This document shows positions 37,540-50,317 of a stretch of 64,000 bases of DNA, in pieces. The stretch lies in assembly GCA_019058315.1 (NCBI GenBank), contig JAHPZH010000002.1, positions 672,001 through 736,000 on the forward strand, given 5' to 3'. A program made the position numbers and the translations under genes. Under the pieces are notes generated by a model that worked only from the letters and a program-made list of their open reading frames with translations, ran no database searches and was not told where the DNA came from. The stretch's first letter is position 1. Each line of letters begins with the position of its first letter. The stretch is from Candidatus Helarchaeota archaeon. GTDB taxonomy: Archaea > Asgardarchaeota > Lokiarchaeia > Helarchaeales > RDOG01.

Positions 37540-38703
37540 CTAGACACCTTCCCAATTAGGTTTTCTTAAAGGTTCATATATTACCTGAACTCCACGTTCT
37601 TCTAATATTTTTATTGCGTTTTTTGTTTCTTCCTCTTCAATTTTGAGATTATTTTCTTGTATCTCTAGTTCTTTTAATTTAGAGAGATGCTCTATGCCTT
37701 CTATTTTTTCAATATTATTACTATCTAATGACAGTGAATTCAAATTCGAAAGGTTTTCCAGCCCCTCAATCTTTTTAATTCGATTACCTCCGAGACCTAA
37801 ATGTTCTACATTTATTAGATTACCTAATCCCTCAATTTTTTCAATTATATTTGTTCCCAAATTGAGAATTTTTAACTTGGTTAATGTTTCAAGTCCTTCT
37901 ATCTTCTCTATTATATTAGCACCAAGATGAATATTTTTTAAATTTTTAAGGGTTTTTAAACTTGGAATACGTGTTAACTGACAATTATAAAGACCTAATT
38001 CTTCCAAACTTGGTAAATTTTCAATTTTATCTATATTGCAATAGAAATTGGATTCAAAGACTAACTTCTTGAGATTTATTAATGAATCAAGCCCCTCAAA
38101 TTCTTTAAATTTATTTGAATTTAACCATAATTCTTCGAGGTTTTTTAAATCCTCTAAATTTTCAATTTTTTCAATTTCATTATGACCCAATTCAAGTTTC
38201 TTTAAATTTTGAAGATGAGCCAAATTCTCAATTTTTTGTATGTTATTACTCGCAAGACTGAGAAATTCCAAGTTTCGGAGATTTTCCAAGTTTTTTATTT
38301 TTTCTATGGAGCAAGTTTCTAAATTTAATGATTTTAATTTTACTAAACTGTCTAAACCTTTTATTTCTGTAATTTTTCTGTTTGTACTCAAATTTAACGA
38401 TTCTAAATTTGATAGATTCGCTAAACCTTCAATTTCAGTCATTCTATTCTCGTGTAGGTCTAGATATCTTAGACTTGATAGATTTGAAAGTAAAGACATA
38501 TCATTCAACATACCCTCACGAATTCGCAACCCAACAATTTTATTGTTCTCAATATATAATGCTGAATAGTCACTAGTGTATTTCTCATCAATCTCACTAT
38601 AATTATCGTATATTTGAAACCAATCCTCTTGTTTTTCGGCATTTTTTATAATCTTATCAAAAATTTCCTTTTGTTCTTTCACTAAATCAATTGGCATTTC
38701 CAA
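37540..38703 (-). CDS. Sds22-like LRR protein
   Basis: IEKIEGLE repeats. Confidence 0.9.
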   Translation of the reverse strand: MEMPIDLVKEQKEIFDKIIKNAEKQEDWFQIYDNYSEIDEKYTSDYSALYIENNKIVGLRIREGMLNDMSLLSNLSSLRYLDLHENRMTEIEGLANLSNLESLNLSTNRKITEIKGLDSLVKLKSLNLETCSIEKIKNLENLRNLEFLSLASNNIQKIENLAHLQNLKKLELGHNEIEKIENLEDLKNLEELWLNSNKFKEFEGLDSLINLKKLVFESNFYCNIDKIENLPSLEELGLYNCQLTRIPSLKTLKNLKNIHLGANIIEKIEGLETLTKLKILNLGTNIIEKIEGLGNLINVEHLGLGGNRIKKIEGLENLSNLNSLSLDSNNIEKIEGIEHLSKLKELEIQENNLKIEEEETKNAIKILEERGVQVIYEPLRKPNWEGV

Positions 38704-38922
38704 AAATCCTCAATTTTTATTCCAATAATATTAATTTTTTATATTATTTTATTTACTCAAATTTTCATTTTTAAAAGATACCAAAAGTGCATTATGTCCT
38801 TATTGAATAAAATTAAATTATTTTTAATTTCTGAATTATTGATATTAGACATTAAACTAAATTTTTAAAATTAAAATTTTATTAATTTAGTTTAAAATAA
38901 ATAAGTTTGAGATTGGATTAAG

Positions 38923-39627
38923 ATGAATGAATTTGATTTAGATTATTTTCTTAAAAATTGGAATGATCAACTGAAAAAATATCGCCAATCATGGCCAGAA
39001 TGGAAAGAACTTGAAAATCTTGTTCAGGAATTATCGTTTGAACTCATCTATGAAGAATATATGGATGCAAATTACCTTGTTTCGGATTTATATAAGGATA
39101 ATTATTTTGTTATCCATAAAATTCCGTTTTCCGAATATGAAGAGAATAAGAAGAATGAATTTTTTGACCATCTGGATATAATCCCTTCATATTTTATTCC
39201 TCTATTAGATTTTAAAATAATTGACTTATATAATGAGGATAAGAGAAAGATAAATTATGTAAGTTATTCTGGAGGAATAGGTAGCACATTATCATCTAAA
39301 AGAATGACATGGATAAAGGAAAAAAACGAAGCTGGTGGTGCTTTGGGACTATATCCAAATCCTTGGGACGGAAGTATACCTAAAGACGAAAAATTGTTTT
39401 TATTACAATCTACTATTTCTGGAACTGATTTTTTTTGCAGTTCAAAACAGACGGTTTATGTACTTGATTTAGATAATAAGAAATATTTGCCAATAGGAAA
39501 TTTAGAGAATTTTATCCGTTGGTGCATTAAAATAAATTTGGAAACAAAAAATTGGCATAGTGAATTCTTTAATAAAACATACTTTGATGAATATAAACTT
39601 AAATATCAAGATACTTGGATGGATTGA
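38923..39627 (+). CDS. Hypothetical protein, possibly SMI1/KNR4 (SUKH)-like
   Basis: 234-aa ORF; C-terminal 'VYVLDLD....PIGNLENFIRW' recalls the SUKH C-terminus (weak). Confidence 0.55.
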   Translation: MNEFDLDYFLKNWNDQLKKYRQSWPEWKELENLVQELSFELIYEEYMDANYLVSDLYKDNYFVIHKIPFSEYEENKKNEFFDHLDIIPSYFIPLLDFKIIDLYNEDKRKINYVSYSGGIGSTLSSKRMTWIKEKNEAGGALGLYPNPWDGSIPKDEKLFLLQSTISGTDFFCSSKQTVYVLDLDNKKYLPIGNLENFIRWCIKINLETKNWHSEFFNKTYFDEYKLKYQDTWMD

Positions 39628-39642
39628 GAGAGTTTATTAATA

Positions 39643-40491
39643 ATGGATGAATTTGACGAAATAGAGGAATTTGATGAAAAGAAAATAATTGAGTTAATTA
39701 ATAACATTGATAAAGACCCTGATCCTCTTCATAACGATATTACACCAGCTGTTCTCGAATTAGCAAAGATGGGGGGTGAAGTACTCCCCTATATAGAAGG
39801 TCTACTTGCTTCACCAAATGAAATGACACGACTTCATGCACAAAAAACGCTTGAATATGGTGTTCTTTATTATTTGGGTTGGATTCCTGGACGCGCAGAT
39901 AATGATCCACAAATTGAAGTTGCATTTAAGGAATTATGGAAAGAAAAGGGAGATTATCAATATGATGCTCCTGAAGAAAAACGAAAAGCATCCATAGAAA
40001 GTTGGATGAATTGGTATGAAAAAGATCCACTTGAACTTACACCTGATCAAATGGAAAAAATTATGGATAATATTGTAGACCCTGATATTGTTGTTGAATA
40101 TTTGTTTGTTGAAAAAGCAGAGAAACAAATTAAACCAATAAATGATGATCAAGGATATCTGTATGCCTTTATTAATATCTTTTTAGGTGGAAGATTCAGT
40201 AATGATGATGTAACTACAATTAGAAATCAGATACTCAATGAATTAAATTACTGTGTGAAAACTTATGATTCCTTTCAATCCAATAAGGTCGATTTTAATG
40301 ATTATAAATTCGGACTTGTCGATAATGATAAAAACATAACTATATTCGAAGAATTTGATGAGGAATTTTATGAAGCTCTCAAAGCATCTCTTAGGAACTT
40401 GGCAATTGTGGGTAAAAATTTTGATTTAGAGAAATTTAAAAATCATGACTTATTCTCCGAATGGTTTGAAAAATACAGTAATAGATCTTAA
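39643..40491 (+). CDS. Hypothetical acidic protein with a HEAT-like N-terminal repeat
   Basis: 'AVLELAKMGGEVLPYIEGLLASPNEMTRLHAQKTL'. Confidence 0.65.
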   Translation: MDEFDEIEEFDEKKIIELINNIDKDPDPLHNDITPAVLELAKMGGEVLPYIEGLLASPNEMTRLHAQKTLEYGVLYYLGWIPGRADNDPQIEVAFKELWKEKGDYQYDAPEEKRKASIESWMNWYEKDPLELTPDQMEKIMDNIVDPDIVVEYLFVEKAEKQIKPINDDQGYLYAFINIFLGGRFSNDDVTTIRNQILNELNYCVKTYDSFQSNKVDFNDYKFGLVDNDKNITIFEEFDEEFYEALKASLRNLAIVGKNFDLEKFKNHDLFSEWFEKYSNRS

Positions 40492-40538
40492 TAATTGCTT
40501 AACTTAGAAGATAAAAAAATAAAATAATTCATAATCTA

Positions 40539-41684
40539 ATGGGGTCTCCATTCATGAATAACGAGAGAGAAAAAGATAGAAATGAAATTGTAAATTTAAT
40601 TAATAAAGGATTAGATTTACAAAAACAAGGGAAATTTAAAGATGCCATAGCATGTTTTGATAAAGCCATTGAACTTAATCCTAATCTTTCTGGTGCTTGG
40701 AATAATAAGGGCGCAATTTTTCAGATTTTGGGAAAATTCGAAGATGCTATTTTTTGTTATAATAAAGCTATCGAGCTCGATCCAAAGTTAATTTTTGCTT
40801 GGAGTAATAAAGTAAAAACATTATTAGCAATGAAAAGATGGAAAAAAGCTATTGCTAGTATTAATAAAGTAATTGAACTAAACCCTGATTTTTTTGAGGC
40901 ATGGTATGATAAAGGAGTAGCTTCGGCTGAACTGGGATTGATTCAAGATTCCTTGTCTTGCTTCGAAAAGGCAATTGAACTAAATCCAAATAATAAAGAA
41001 AGTCATTATAATAAAGGACTCGCTTTATTGAAATTAGGAAAATTTAATGATGCCCTCTCTTCTTTTAATAAAGCTATTGAAATTAATCCTAATTATGCAA
41101 AAGCTTGGTTTAACAAAGGAGTAGTTTTAGAAAATTTGGGTAAAATCGATGAAAGTATTACTTGCTATGACAAAGTAATTGAACTTGATCCTACAGACAT
41201 CGAACCTTGGGTTAATAAAGGAACAGCATTAAATGATCTGGGAAAATTTGAAGATGCTTTGACTTGTTATGACAAAGTTATTGAATTAGACCCTAAAGTT
41301 CTCAATGCTTGGTTAGGAAAAGGATTAACTTTTGATAAACTAGGAAAATTTGAAGATGCTATAACTTGTTTTGATAAAATTATTGATCAAGACCCAAACT
41401 CTGTTGATGCTTGGATGGCAAAAGGAATAGCTTTATTTAAACAGAGAAAATTAGATGATGCATTATTTTGTTTTGATAAGATTACTAAACTTAAGCCAGA
41501 GGCTTTCTATGGTTTTTATAATAAAGCTGTTGTCAAATCTTTTCAAAACAAAAAAGAAGAGGCTTTAGAGCTATTAAAAATTGCAATAAAATTAAATCCG
41601 TCTTGTAAGGAGTATATGAAAACGGATTCTGAATTGGATAATATCAAACGATCAAAGGAATTTAAAGAATTGGTTGAAAATTAA
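40539..41684 (+). CDS. Tetratricopeptide repeat protein
   Basis: About 10 repeats of 'AW.NKG..L..LGKFEDA..C.DKAIEL.P'. Confidence 0.95.
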   Translation: MGSPFMNNEREKDRNEIVNLINKGLDLQKQGKFKDAIACFDKAIELNPNLSGAWNNKGAIFQILGKFEDAIFCYNKAIELDPKLIFAWSNKVKTLLAMKRWKKAIASINKVIELNPDFFEAWYDKGVASAELGLIQDSLSCFEKAIELNPNNKESHYNKGLALLKLGKFNDALSSFNKAIEINPNYAKAWFNKGVVLENLGKIDESITCYDKVIELDPTDIEPWVNKGTALNDLGKFEDALTCYDKVIELDPKVLNAWLGKGLTFDKLGKFEDAITCFDKIIDQDPNSVDAWMAKGIALFKQRKLDDALFCFDKITKLKPEAFYGFYNKAVVKSFQNKKEEALELLKIAIKLNPSCKEYMKTDSELDNIKRSKEFKELVEN

Positions 41685-41700
41685 CATGATTATAATTGAA

Positions 41701-42147
41701 TTATGATTGAATTTTATCCCATTTTTCACATTCTACATATAAATCCATCCTTTGTCCAGAAGGCTTTATTTTTAGCTCTGAAATAATCATATCCCATAAT
41801 TGTTTGATATTTTTTGATTCGTAATCTAATATTTTTCCACATTTTGGACATATAATGTTTATATGAGGTGAAATATTTGGGTCGAATCTTGAGCGGTTTT
41901 CAGCAAAATTTAGCTCTTGGACTAGTCCTAAATCACTAAGTAGATGCAATGTTTTATATACCGTTGCTAAGCTGATGGTGGGATTATTTTTTATTACTTC
42001 ATGATAAATCTCTTCAGCAGTGGGATGATCCTTACTTGAAAGGACAAATTCACAAATTTTTAAACGTTGGGGTGTTACTTTATATCCCTTTTCATGAAAT
42101 TTTGAAATAAGTTCTTTCCTACTTATCGATTTTTCCAAAAAATTCAA
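41701..42147 (-). CDS. perR: Fur/PerR-family transcriptional regulator
   Basis: 'KVTPQR', 'HPTAEEIY', 'ISLATVYKTL', 'RFD...HINIICPKCG'; divergent from katG. Confidence 0.85.
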   Translation of the reverse strand: MNFLEKSISRKELISKFHEKGYKVTPQRLKICEFVLSSKDHPTAEEIYHEVIKNNPTISLATVYKTLHLLSDLGLVQELNFAENRSRFDPNISPHINIICPKCGKILDYESKNIKQLWDMIISELKIKPSGQRMDLYVECEKWDKIQS

Positions 42148-42241
42148 CTTTTTTTTAATGACTATTCAATTATTCTATATCTCATTAATATATGATAATT
42201 CTTAAATAATAATTTTTCTTTATAGATATTAAATACTAACG

Positions 42242-42260
42242 GATAATGATTATTATTAAC
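42242..42260. promoter_or_regulatory. Fur/Per box-like operator
   Basis: GATAATGATTATTATTAAC matches the GATAATGATAATCATTATC consensus at 16/19. A second site at 42308-42326 matches 14/19. Confidence 0.55.
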
Positions 42261-42355
42261 TAATTTTATATTCCTCGTAAATTATAAATACAAACAATCG
42301 TTGCAAACTCAAAAATAATCATTATCTACTTTTAAATATTTTAAAATAAAAATAG

Positions 42356-44551
<2,196 letters not shown>

Positions 44552-44585
44552 TCTCGCATAAATCCCTTTTTTTTTTCTTTTTTGA

Positions 44586-46091
44586 TTATTCTATCATAAT
44601 TTTGTTTAATAAAGCTACTAAAAATTTCCACACTTTATAAATACTACTGACCTTTAAACGCTCGTCTGGTGAATGAGCACCTTCACCACTCGGTCCTATA
44701 GCTATCATTTCGATATTAGGAAAATGGTTTTGAAAATATCCACACTCAAGTATACCGTGAATTATTCTAGTTTTAGCTTCTTTATGATATAATTCATTAA
44801 ATACTTCTTTAGATATTTTTAATAACTTAGAATTAAAGTTGGGTATCCAACTGGGAGAGCTACCTAATTTATTGATCTTAAATCCCGCTAAATTCATTAA
44901 TGATTTCATTCGTTCATATAACATTTGATTATCATATTCATTTAAACTTCTCTGAAATGCTGCAAATGTAAGACCTCTTTTTTTTGTTTGAATATATCCA
45001 ATATTTATCGAGGTATTAACGTCTTTAGTTTTAGGATGGAAGGAAATAGGTCCATTAGGTAATAAATATAGTATATCCAAAACTTTTTTTTGTATATCTA
45101 ATGGAATATGGATATAATCTGTATGGTCTTTGACTTCTTTCAAGATAATTTTCATACTTGTTTCAATACCTTCATATAATACTTTAATATTAGATGATAA
45201 ATCTTTAACAAATTCTTGAATTTTTGGCTGTTCACTGATTTTTGTAAAGAAAATTGAATATGATTCTCTTGGTATTGCATTAAATGATGATCCCCCTCCA
45301 TGTATTTCATTAATATAGATTTGGAATTTTTTGTCAATCTTCCATAATATTTCAGATAATAACTTTATTGAATTAGCTCTTCCATTATGAATATCCATCC
45401 CAGAATGTCCTCCAATTAACCCTTCAATTTCTAGCTTTAGTGCAATATAATTTTTTTCATTTTCTGGTAATGGTATTCTTTTTAATTTCATAAAGCCTTC
45501 GAGTAAAGTGCCCCCTGCACATCCGATCGTGAATTTATCGATTCCTTCCGAGTCAAGATTAATTAAATATTTTCCTTTGATTAGATTCTTATCTAACCCT
45601 AATGCGCCAAACATTCCCGCTTCTTCACTTACAGTAAAAAGTAATTCAAATTCTAATGGACCAAAATCCAATTCTTTATTGTGAATCTTTTTCATTAACG
45701 TTAATTGATATGCCATACCAACAGCATTATCTGCTCCTAATGTGGTCCCTTCTGCGGTAAGCCATTTTTCATTTTCAATTTCAATTACTTTTAGTTTTAA
45801 TGGATCCTTTGAGAAATCATGAACTACATTATCATTTTTTTCACACACCATATCCATATGACTTTGAATAGCAACGACGTTGGTTTTTTTTGAGTTTCGC
45901 TCTTTAGAAGGTATTTTCACTAAAAGATTCCCAGCTTTATCTACAATCGTTTCAAAACCAAACTTTTCGGCTTCTTTTTTTATAAATTCTCTTACTTGAT
46001 CTTCGCTTCCAGAAGGGTGAGGGATTTGTGATATTTGGTAAAAATAATCCCAAAATTCCGATGGTTCTCCCAATTCGTCTAATTTTATCAT
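44586..46091 (-). CDS. pepD: Aminoacyl-histidine dipeptidase (peptidase M20)
   Basis: 'QSHMDMVCEK', 'TTLGADN', 'SEEAGM.GA', 'NLDSE', 'GGHSG', 'HGILECG', 'HSPDE'. Start placed at MIKLDELG; the ORF track extends to 46139. Confidence 0.9.
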   Translation of the reverse strand: MIKLDELGEPSEFWDYFYQISQIPHPSGSEDQVREFIKKEAEKFGFETIVDKAGNLLVKIPSKERNSKKTNVVAIQSHMDMVCEKNDNVVHDFSKDPLKLKVIEIENEKWLTAEGTTLGADNAVGMAYQLTLMKKIHNKELDFGPLEFELLFTVSEEAGMFGALGLDKNLIKGKYLINLDSEGIDKFTIGCAGGTLLEGFMKLKRIPLPENEKNYIALKLEIEGLIGGHSGMDIHNGRANSIKLLSEILWKIDKKFQIYINEIHGGGSSFNAIPRESYSIFFTKISEQPKIQEFVKDLSSNIKVLYEGIETSMKIILKEVKDHTDYIHIPLDIQKKVLDILYLLPNGPISFHPKTKDVNTSINIGYIQTKKRGLTFAAFQRSLNEYDNQMLYERMKSLMNLAGFKINKLGSSPSWIPNFNSKLLKISKEVFNELYHKEAKTRIIHGILECGYFQNHFPNIEMIAIGPSGEGAHSPDERLKVSSIYKVWKFLVALLNKIMIE

Positions 46092-46388
46092 ATTTGAATA
46101 ATTATTAATAATAAATAAAAGAGTTCTTAATTTCATCAAAAAGGGAGAATTATAGAAAAATGATTAGATGAGAAATAAAATAACATAATTTTATAGAAAA
46201 TATTAGAAATTGAGCTATGAGAATAATATATCTCGTTCAACATATGAAATTTAAAAATTTAAATTGGTCATAATGGTTTTTTAGAGAAAATTTATTAATT
46301 ATAATATTCAATGTTATTTGAAATTTTAAGATTTTAAATTCTAAAATTATTTTTAGTTAATTAAGCATATTTTTAAAGAGGTAAAAAA

Positions 46389-47438
46389 TTGCTTGATGTT
46401 TGGAAGTTATTTGGGTTAGGATTTACTTTTATATTATCCAATTATTTAATTATTGTATTTTTTTATTTCATAAAAAAGATATATGGAAGTAAAAAATCAA
46501 TAAAAGAAATTTTACCTTTTTTAGGAATAGCCTTTTTGTTCTTATTTGGTGGTATATCTTATATTTTTGCTAATTTTTTTGATTATTTTCAATGGCAATA
46601 TGATCTAAAAATATTATTCTACTTTAGACTTCATTCTATTCTCTATTTCTCAAGTATCGCTTCTTGTATCTTTGTGTATGAATATGTTATTAAAAAGACA
46701 AAATATCTTCTAACAACTTATATTGTTATTGGTTTAATAGCAAATTTCATTGTTTACAGATATGAAGATTTAAATTTCTTATTAAACTTTTTTTTAGGCT
46801 CTGCTGTACCAATTCTATTGATTCTTCAATATGTGGTATTCGTTAGACCAACATCTGGAATGTTAAAACGCCGAATGAATTTTAGTCTAGTTGGTTTAAT
46901 CTGTGCTGGAGTTGGCAGTGCATTAAGGAATTTTTTTATAAATGAATTGTTGGGCTATTATATATTTTCAATAGGCACATCGATAGTAATTATCGGATTG
47001 TTATTAATGGCTTATGGATTTTCGGCATTTTCTACCCTAACTGATTTAAATTGGAAAGATAAATTACATCAACTTTATGTGGTTACGGAAGATGGAATTT
47101 GTCTTTATGCATATTCCTTTGAAAATAATCTTCCTATAGCTAATTCAAACCTACTTGCAGCAGGTTTTTCAGGTATACAAAAATTATTATCTGAAATATT
47201 AAAAACAAAAGAAGCTCTGAGGATAATTGAATATAAGCATCTAAATATTCTTGTTGATTTTAGACCAAATATTGTAGTTTTATTAGTTATTACTGAACAT
47301 AGTGCATTTCTATTTTATAAATTGAAAGAATTCGCTGAAAAATTTTCCAATTTTTTTAAGGATTTATTGATAAATTGGCAAGGGAATACAGAAATATTTA
47401 CACCTACCAAATCTCTTATTCAGAGCACATTTGAATGA
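46389..47438 (+). CDS. Multi-pass membrane protein with C-terminal longin domain, paralog 1
   Basis: About 7 TM helices, then 'LYVVTEDGICLYAYSF...LLAAGFSGIQKLLSEIL...WQGNTEIF'. Confidence 0.8.
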   Translation: MLDVWKLFGLGFTFILSNYLIIVFFYFIKKIYGSKKSIKEILPFLGIAFLFLFGGISYIFANFFDYFQWQYDLKILFYFRLHSILYFSSIASCIFVYEYVIKKTKYLLTTYIVIGLIANFIVYRYEDLNFLLNFFLGSAVPILLILQYVVFVRPTSGMLKRRMNFSLVGLICAGVGSALRNFFINELLGYYIFSIGTSIVIIGLLLMAYGFSAFSTLTDLNWKDKLHQLYVVTEDGICLYAYSFENNLPIANSNLLAAGFSGIQKLLSEILKTKEALRIIEYKHLNILVDFRPNIVVLLVITEHSAFLFYKLKEFAEKFSNFFKDLLINWQGNTEIFTPTKSLIQSTFE

Positions 47439-49730
47439 AATTTATGATTATACATCAAATCTTATTGAATTACATTAAAAATGAATCAAAATGATATATC
47501 AATTAGATTTTTGGAAAATGATGAGTTTAGGAATAACTTTTATCCTAATTAGCAATACAATATTCTTATCTCATTATTTTATAAATAAAATATACCAAAC
47601 TAAGAAATTTAAATCTGAAATATTGCCTTTTTACGGAATAACTTTTTTATTTTTGTTTGGAAGTGTCTCATATATTTTCGCAATTATATTTGATTTTTTT
47701 CATTGGTATTATGATCACTCAATATTAATTTATTTCAGATTACACCTCATATTTTATGTTCTAAGTGTAGCCTCATGTATTTTCGTATATGAGAACGTTA
47801 CTAAGAAAACAAAATATCTTCTAACAATTTATATGATTGGTGGATTGGTAATAAATTTCTTTATATTTTCATATAAAGGTTTAAATTTATTTTCTAATTT
47901 CACATTTGGATTAGGTTTGCTAATTTTATTGATTCTTCAATATGTTGTATTCGTTAGACCAACTTCTGGGATGTTAAAACGTCGGATGTATAGTGCTTTA
48001 ATTGGTTTAATTATTATTGGATTTGGAAGTTTTTTAAGAAATCCTACTATAAATGAAGCGTTTGGCTATTACCTTTTTTCAATGGGCACTTTACTAGTAA
48101 ATTTTGGAGTATTATTAATGGGATTCGGATTTTCCGCTTTTTCAACATTTACTGATCTTAATTGGAAGGAAAAATTACATGAGATTTTTATATTAACAAA
48201 AGATGGACTTCTTTGCTATGCATACTCATTTGATGTTGATCAGAAAATGAATGGCTCTGAACTACTTGCAGCTGGTTTTTCAAGTATACAAATTTTCCTT
48301 TCTGAAATATTAAAGACAAAAGATGATTTGCAAATTATAGAATATAAAAATTTAAATGTTATTCTTGAATTAAAAGGGAATATTGTTTTTGTTTTAGTCA
48401 TAAAAGAAAAAAGCTCATTTCTAAAACACAAATTAGGAGAATTTTCTCAAAAATTTTGCGAAATATTTACAGATTCATTGAAGAATTGGAATGGAGATAT
48501 GGAAATATTTTATCCTACCAAAAATTTAATTCAAAATATATTTGAATTAAATAAATAATTTCATAGATTAAACTAAAAGCTACCAAATCTCTTATTCAGA
48601 GCATATTTGAATGAAATTTATGATTATAAATCAAAATCCTATTGAATTACATTAAAAATGAATCAAAATGATATATCAATTAGATTTTTGGAAAATGATG
48701 GGTTTAGGAATAACCTTTATCCTAATTAGTAATGCTATATTTTTATTTTATTATTTCATAAGTAAAATATACCATAGTAAAGAATATAAATCTGAGATTT
48801 TGCCCTTTTACGGAATAACTCTTTTATTTTTGTTTGGTGGTCTCTCATATATTTCTGCAATTATATTTGATTTTTTTCATTGGTATTATAATTTAACAAT
48901 ATTAATCTATTACAGATTAAACTTTATATTTTATGTTCTGTGTGTAGCTTCATGTATTTTTGTATATGAAAACGTTATTAAGAAGACAAAATATCTTTTA
49001 ACAATATACATGATTGGTGTGTTGATAATTAATTTCTTCATAGGAACATTTGAAGCTTTAGTCTTATTCGCTAATTTCACTTTTGGGTTTGCTTTAATAA
49101 TTTTATTAATTCTTCAATATGTTGTATTCGTTAGACCAACTTCTGGGATGTTAAAACGTCGGATGTATAGTAGTTTAGTTGGTTTAATCATTATTGGCCT
49201 TGGAAATTTTTTTAGAAATCCTTCCATAAATGAAACGATTGGTTATTATATTTTTTCATTAGGCACTTTACTAATAAATATTGGAATATTATTAATGGGA
49301 TTCGGATTTTCTGCTTTTTCAACATTTACTGATCTTAATTGGAAGGAAAAACTTCATCAGATTTTTATACTAACAAAAGATGGACTTCTTCTCTACGCTT
49401 ATTCATTTGATGTTAATCAAACAATTGATGACTCTGAATTACGTGCAGCTGGTATTTCAAGTGTCCGAATTTTCCTTTCTGAAATATTAAAAACAGAGGA
49501 TGATTTACAAATTATAGAATATAAAAATTTGAATGTTATTCTTGAATTAAGAGATATTGTTGTCTTTGCTTTAGTCATAAAAGAAAAAAGCTCATTTCTA
49601 AAACACAAATTAGGAGAATTTTCCCAAAAATTTTGCGAAATATTTAGAGATTCATTGAAAAATTGGAATGGAGATATGGAAATATTTTATCCTGCAAAAA
49701 ATTTAATTCAAGATATATTTGAATTAGATA
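47404..49730. repeat. Tandem duplication with a ~1.18-kb unit (47404-~48553 and 48580-~49730)
   Basis: Both units begin 'ctaccaaatctcttattcagagca.atttgaatgaaatttatgattata', i.e. the 3' end of paralog 1 plus the intergenic DNA. Confidence 0.85.
47491..48558 (+). CDS. Multi-pass membrane protein with C-terminal longin domain, paralog 2
   Basis: Paralog of the flanking genes. Confidence 0.8.
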   Translation: MIYQLDFWKMMSLGITFILISNTIFLSHYFINKIYQTKKFKSEILPFYGITFLFLFGSVSYIFAIIFDFFHWYYDHSILIYFRLHLIFYVLSVASCIFVYENVTKKTKYLLTIYMIGGLVINFFIFSYKGLNLFSNFTFGLGLLILLILQYVVFVRPTSGMLKRRMYSALIGLIIIGFGSFLRNPTINEAFGYYLFSMGTLLVNFGVLLMGFGFSAFSTFTDLNWKEKLHEIFILTKDGLLCYAYSFDVDQKMNGSELLAAGFSSIQIFLSEILKTKDDLQIIEYKNLNVILELKGNIVFVLVIKEKSSFLKHKLGEFSQKFCEIFTDSLKNWNGDMEIFYPTKNLIQNIFELNK

Positions 49731-49735
49731 AATGA
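48668..49735 (+). CDS. Multi-pass membrane protein with C-terminal longin domain, paralog 3
   Basis: Recent duplicate of 47491-48558; both 355 aa. Confidence 0.8.
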   Translation: MIYQLDFWKMMGLGITFILISNAIFLFYYFISKIYHSKEYKSEILPFYGITLLFLFGGLSYISAIIFDFFHWYYNLTILIYYRLNFIFYVLCVASCIFVYENVIKKTKYLLTIYMIGVLIINFFIGTFEALVLFANFTFGFALIILLILQYVVFVRPTSGMLKRRMYSSLVGLIIIGLGNFFRNPSINETIGYYIFSLGTLLINIGILLMGFGFSAFSTFTDLNWKEKLHQIFILTKDGLLLYAYSFDVNQTIDDSELRAAGISSVRIFLSEILKTEDDLQIIEYKNLNVILELRDIVVFALVIKEKSSFLKHKLGEFSQKFCEIFRDSLKNWNGDMEIFYPAKNLIQDIFELDK

Positions 49736-49746
49736 TTAAATACTTA

Positions 49747-50160
49747 TTAGACTAATAGGTAAAATATCGAGTTCTTTATTATTTTAATATAATATTTAGA
49801 AACTGGGTCCTCGCTTTTAAAAATGAGATCATCATGGAATTTGATTAATTTATAAAAAGTTCCTTCCATAATTATTTCTATTGCTTCATTATTAAGGTTC
49901 CAAATTGCAAATCTGGCAACGCTATATGAAGGTTCAGTATCTCCTTTATATGTTGAATAAAAATAAACATAGGGTTTGATATTCGCCACACCATCAGTAT
50001 AGGTGAAAACTAATTGAGCCTCTTTTTTAAAATAGAAATAAGCTAGAATAACTCCCTTTCCAACTTCATAATCCACGGAAGGAATACCCTCATATTTTTC
50101 TATTAAAACATTTGTTTTTGAATTATATATATCCCAAGAAGCCCATTTTTTCTCAACCAT
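49747..50160 (-). CDS. Hypothetical protein
   Basis: 137-aa ATG ORF with GAGG upstream. Confidence 0.55.
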   Translation of the reverse strand: MVEKKWASWDIYNSKTNVLIEKYEGIPSVDYEVGKGVILAYFYFKKEAQLVFTYTDGVANIKPYVYFYSTYKGDTEPSYSVARFAIWNLNNEAIEIIMEGTFYKLIKFHDDLIFKSEDPVSKYYIKIIKNSIFYLLV

Positions 50161-50317
50161 TTCTCAAATGCCTCAGAAGATTATTTTTTCGATTGCGATA
50201 CAATTTAATAATTTAAAGAAATTATATTTTTATTTATTCATCCCACCCTGTTTTCTAAATTCTTTAGCTATGGTAATTTAATTCCATTTTCATTATTTCT
50301 AACCTTATTTTCAAATA

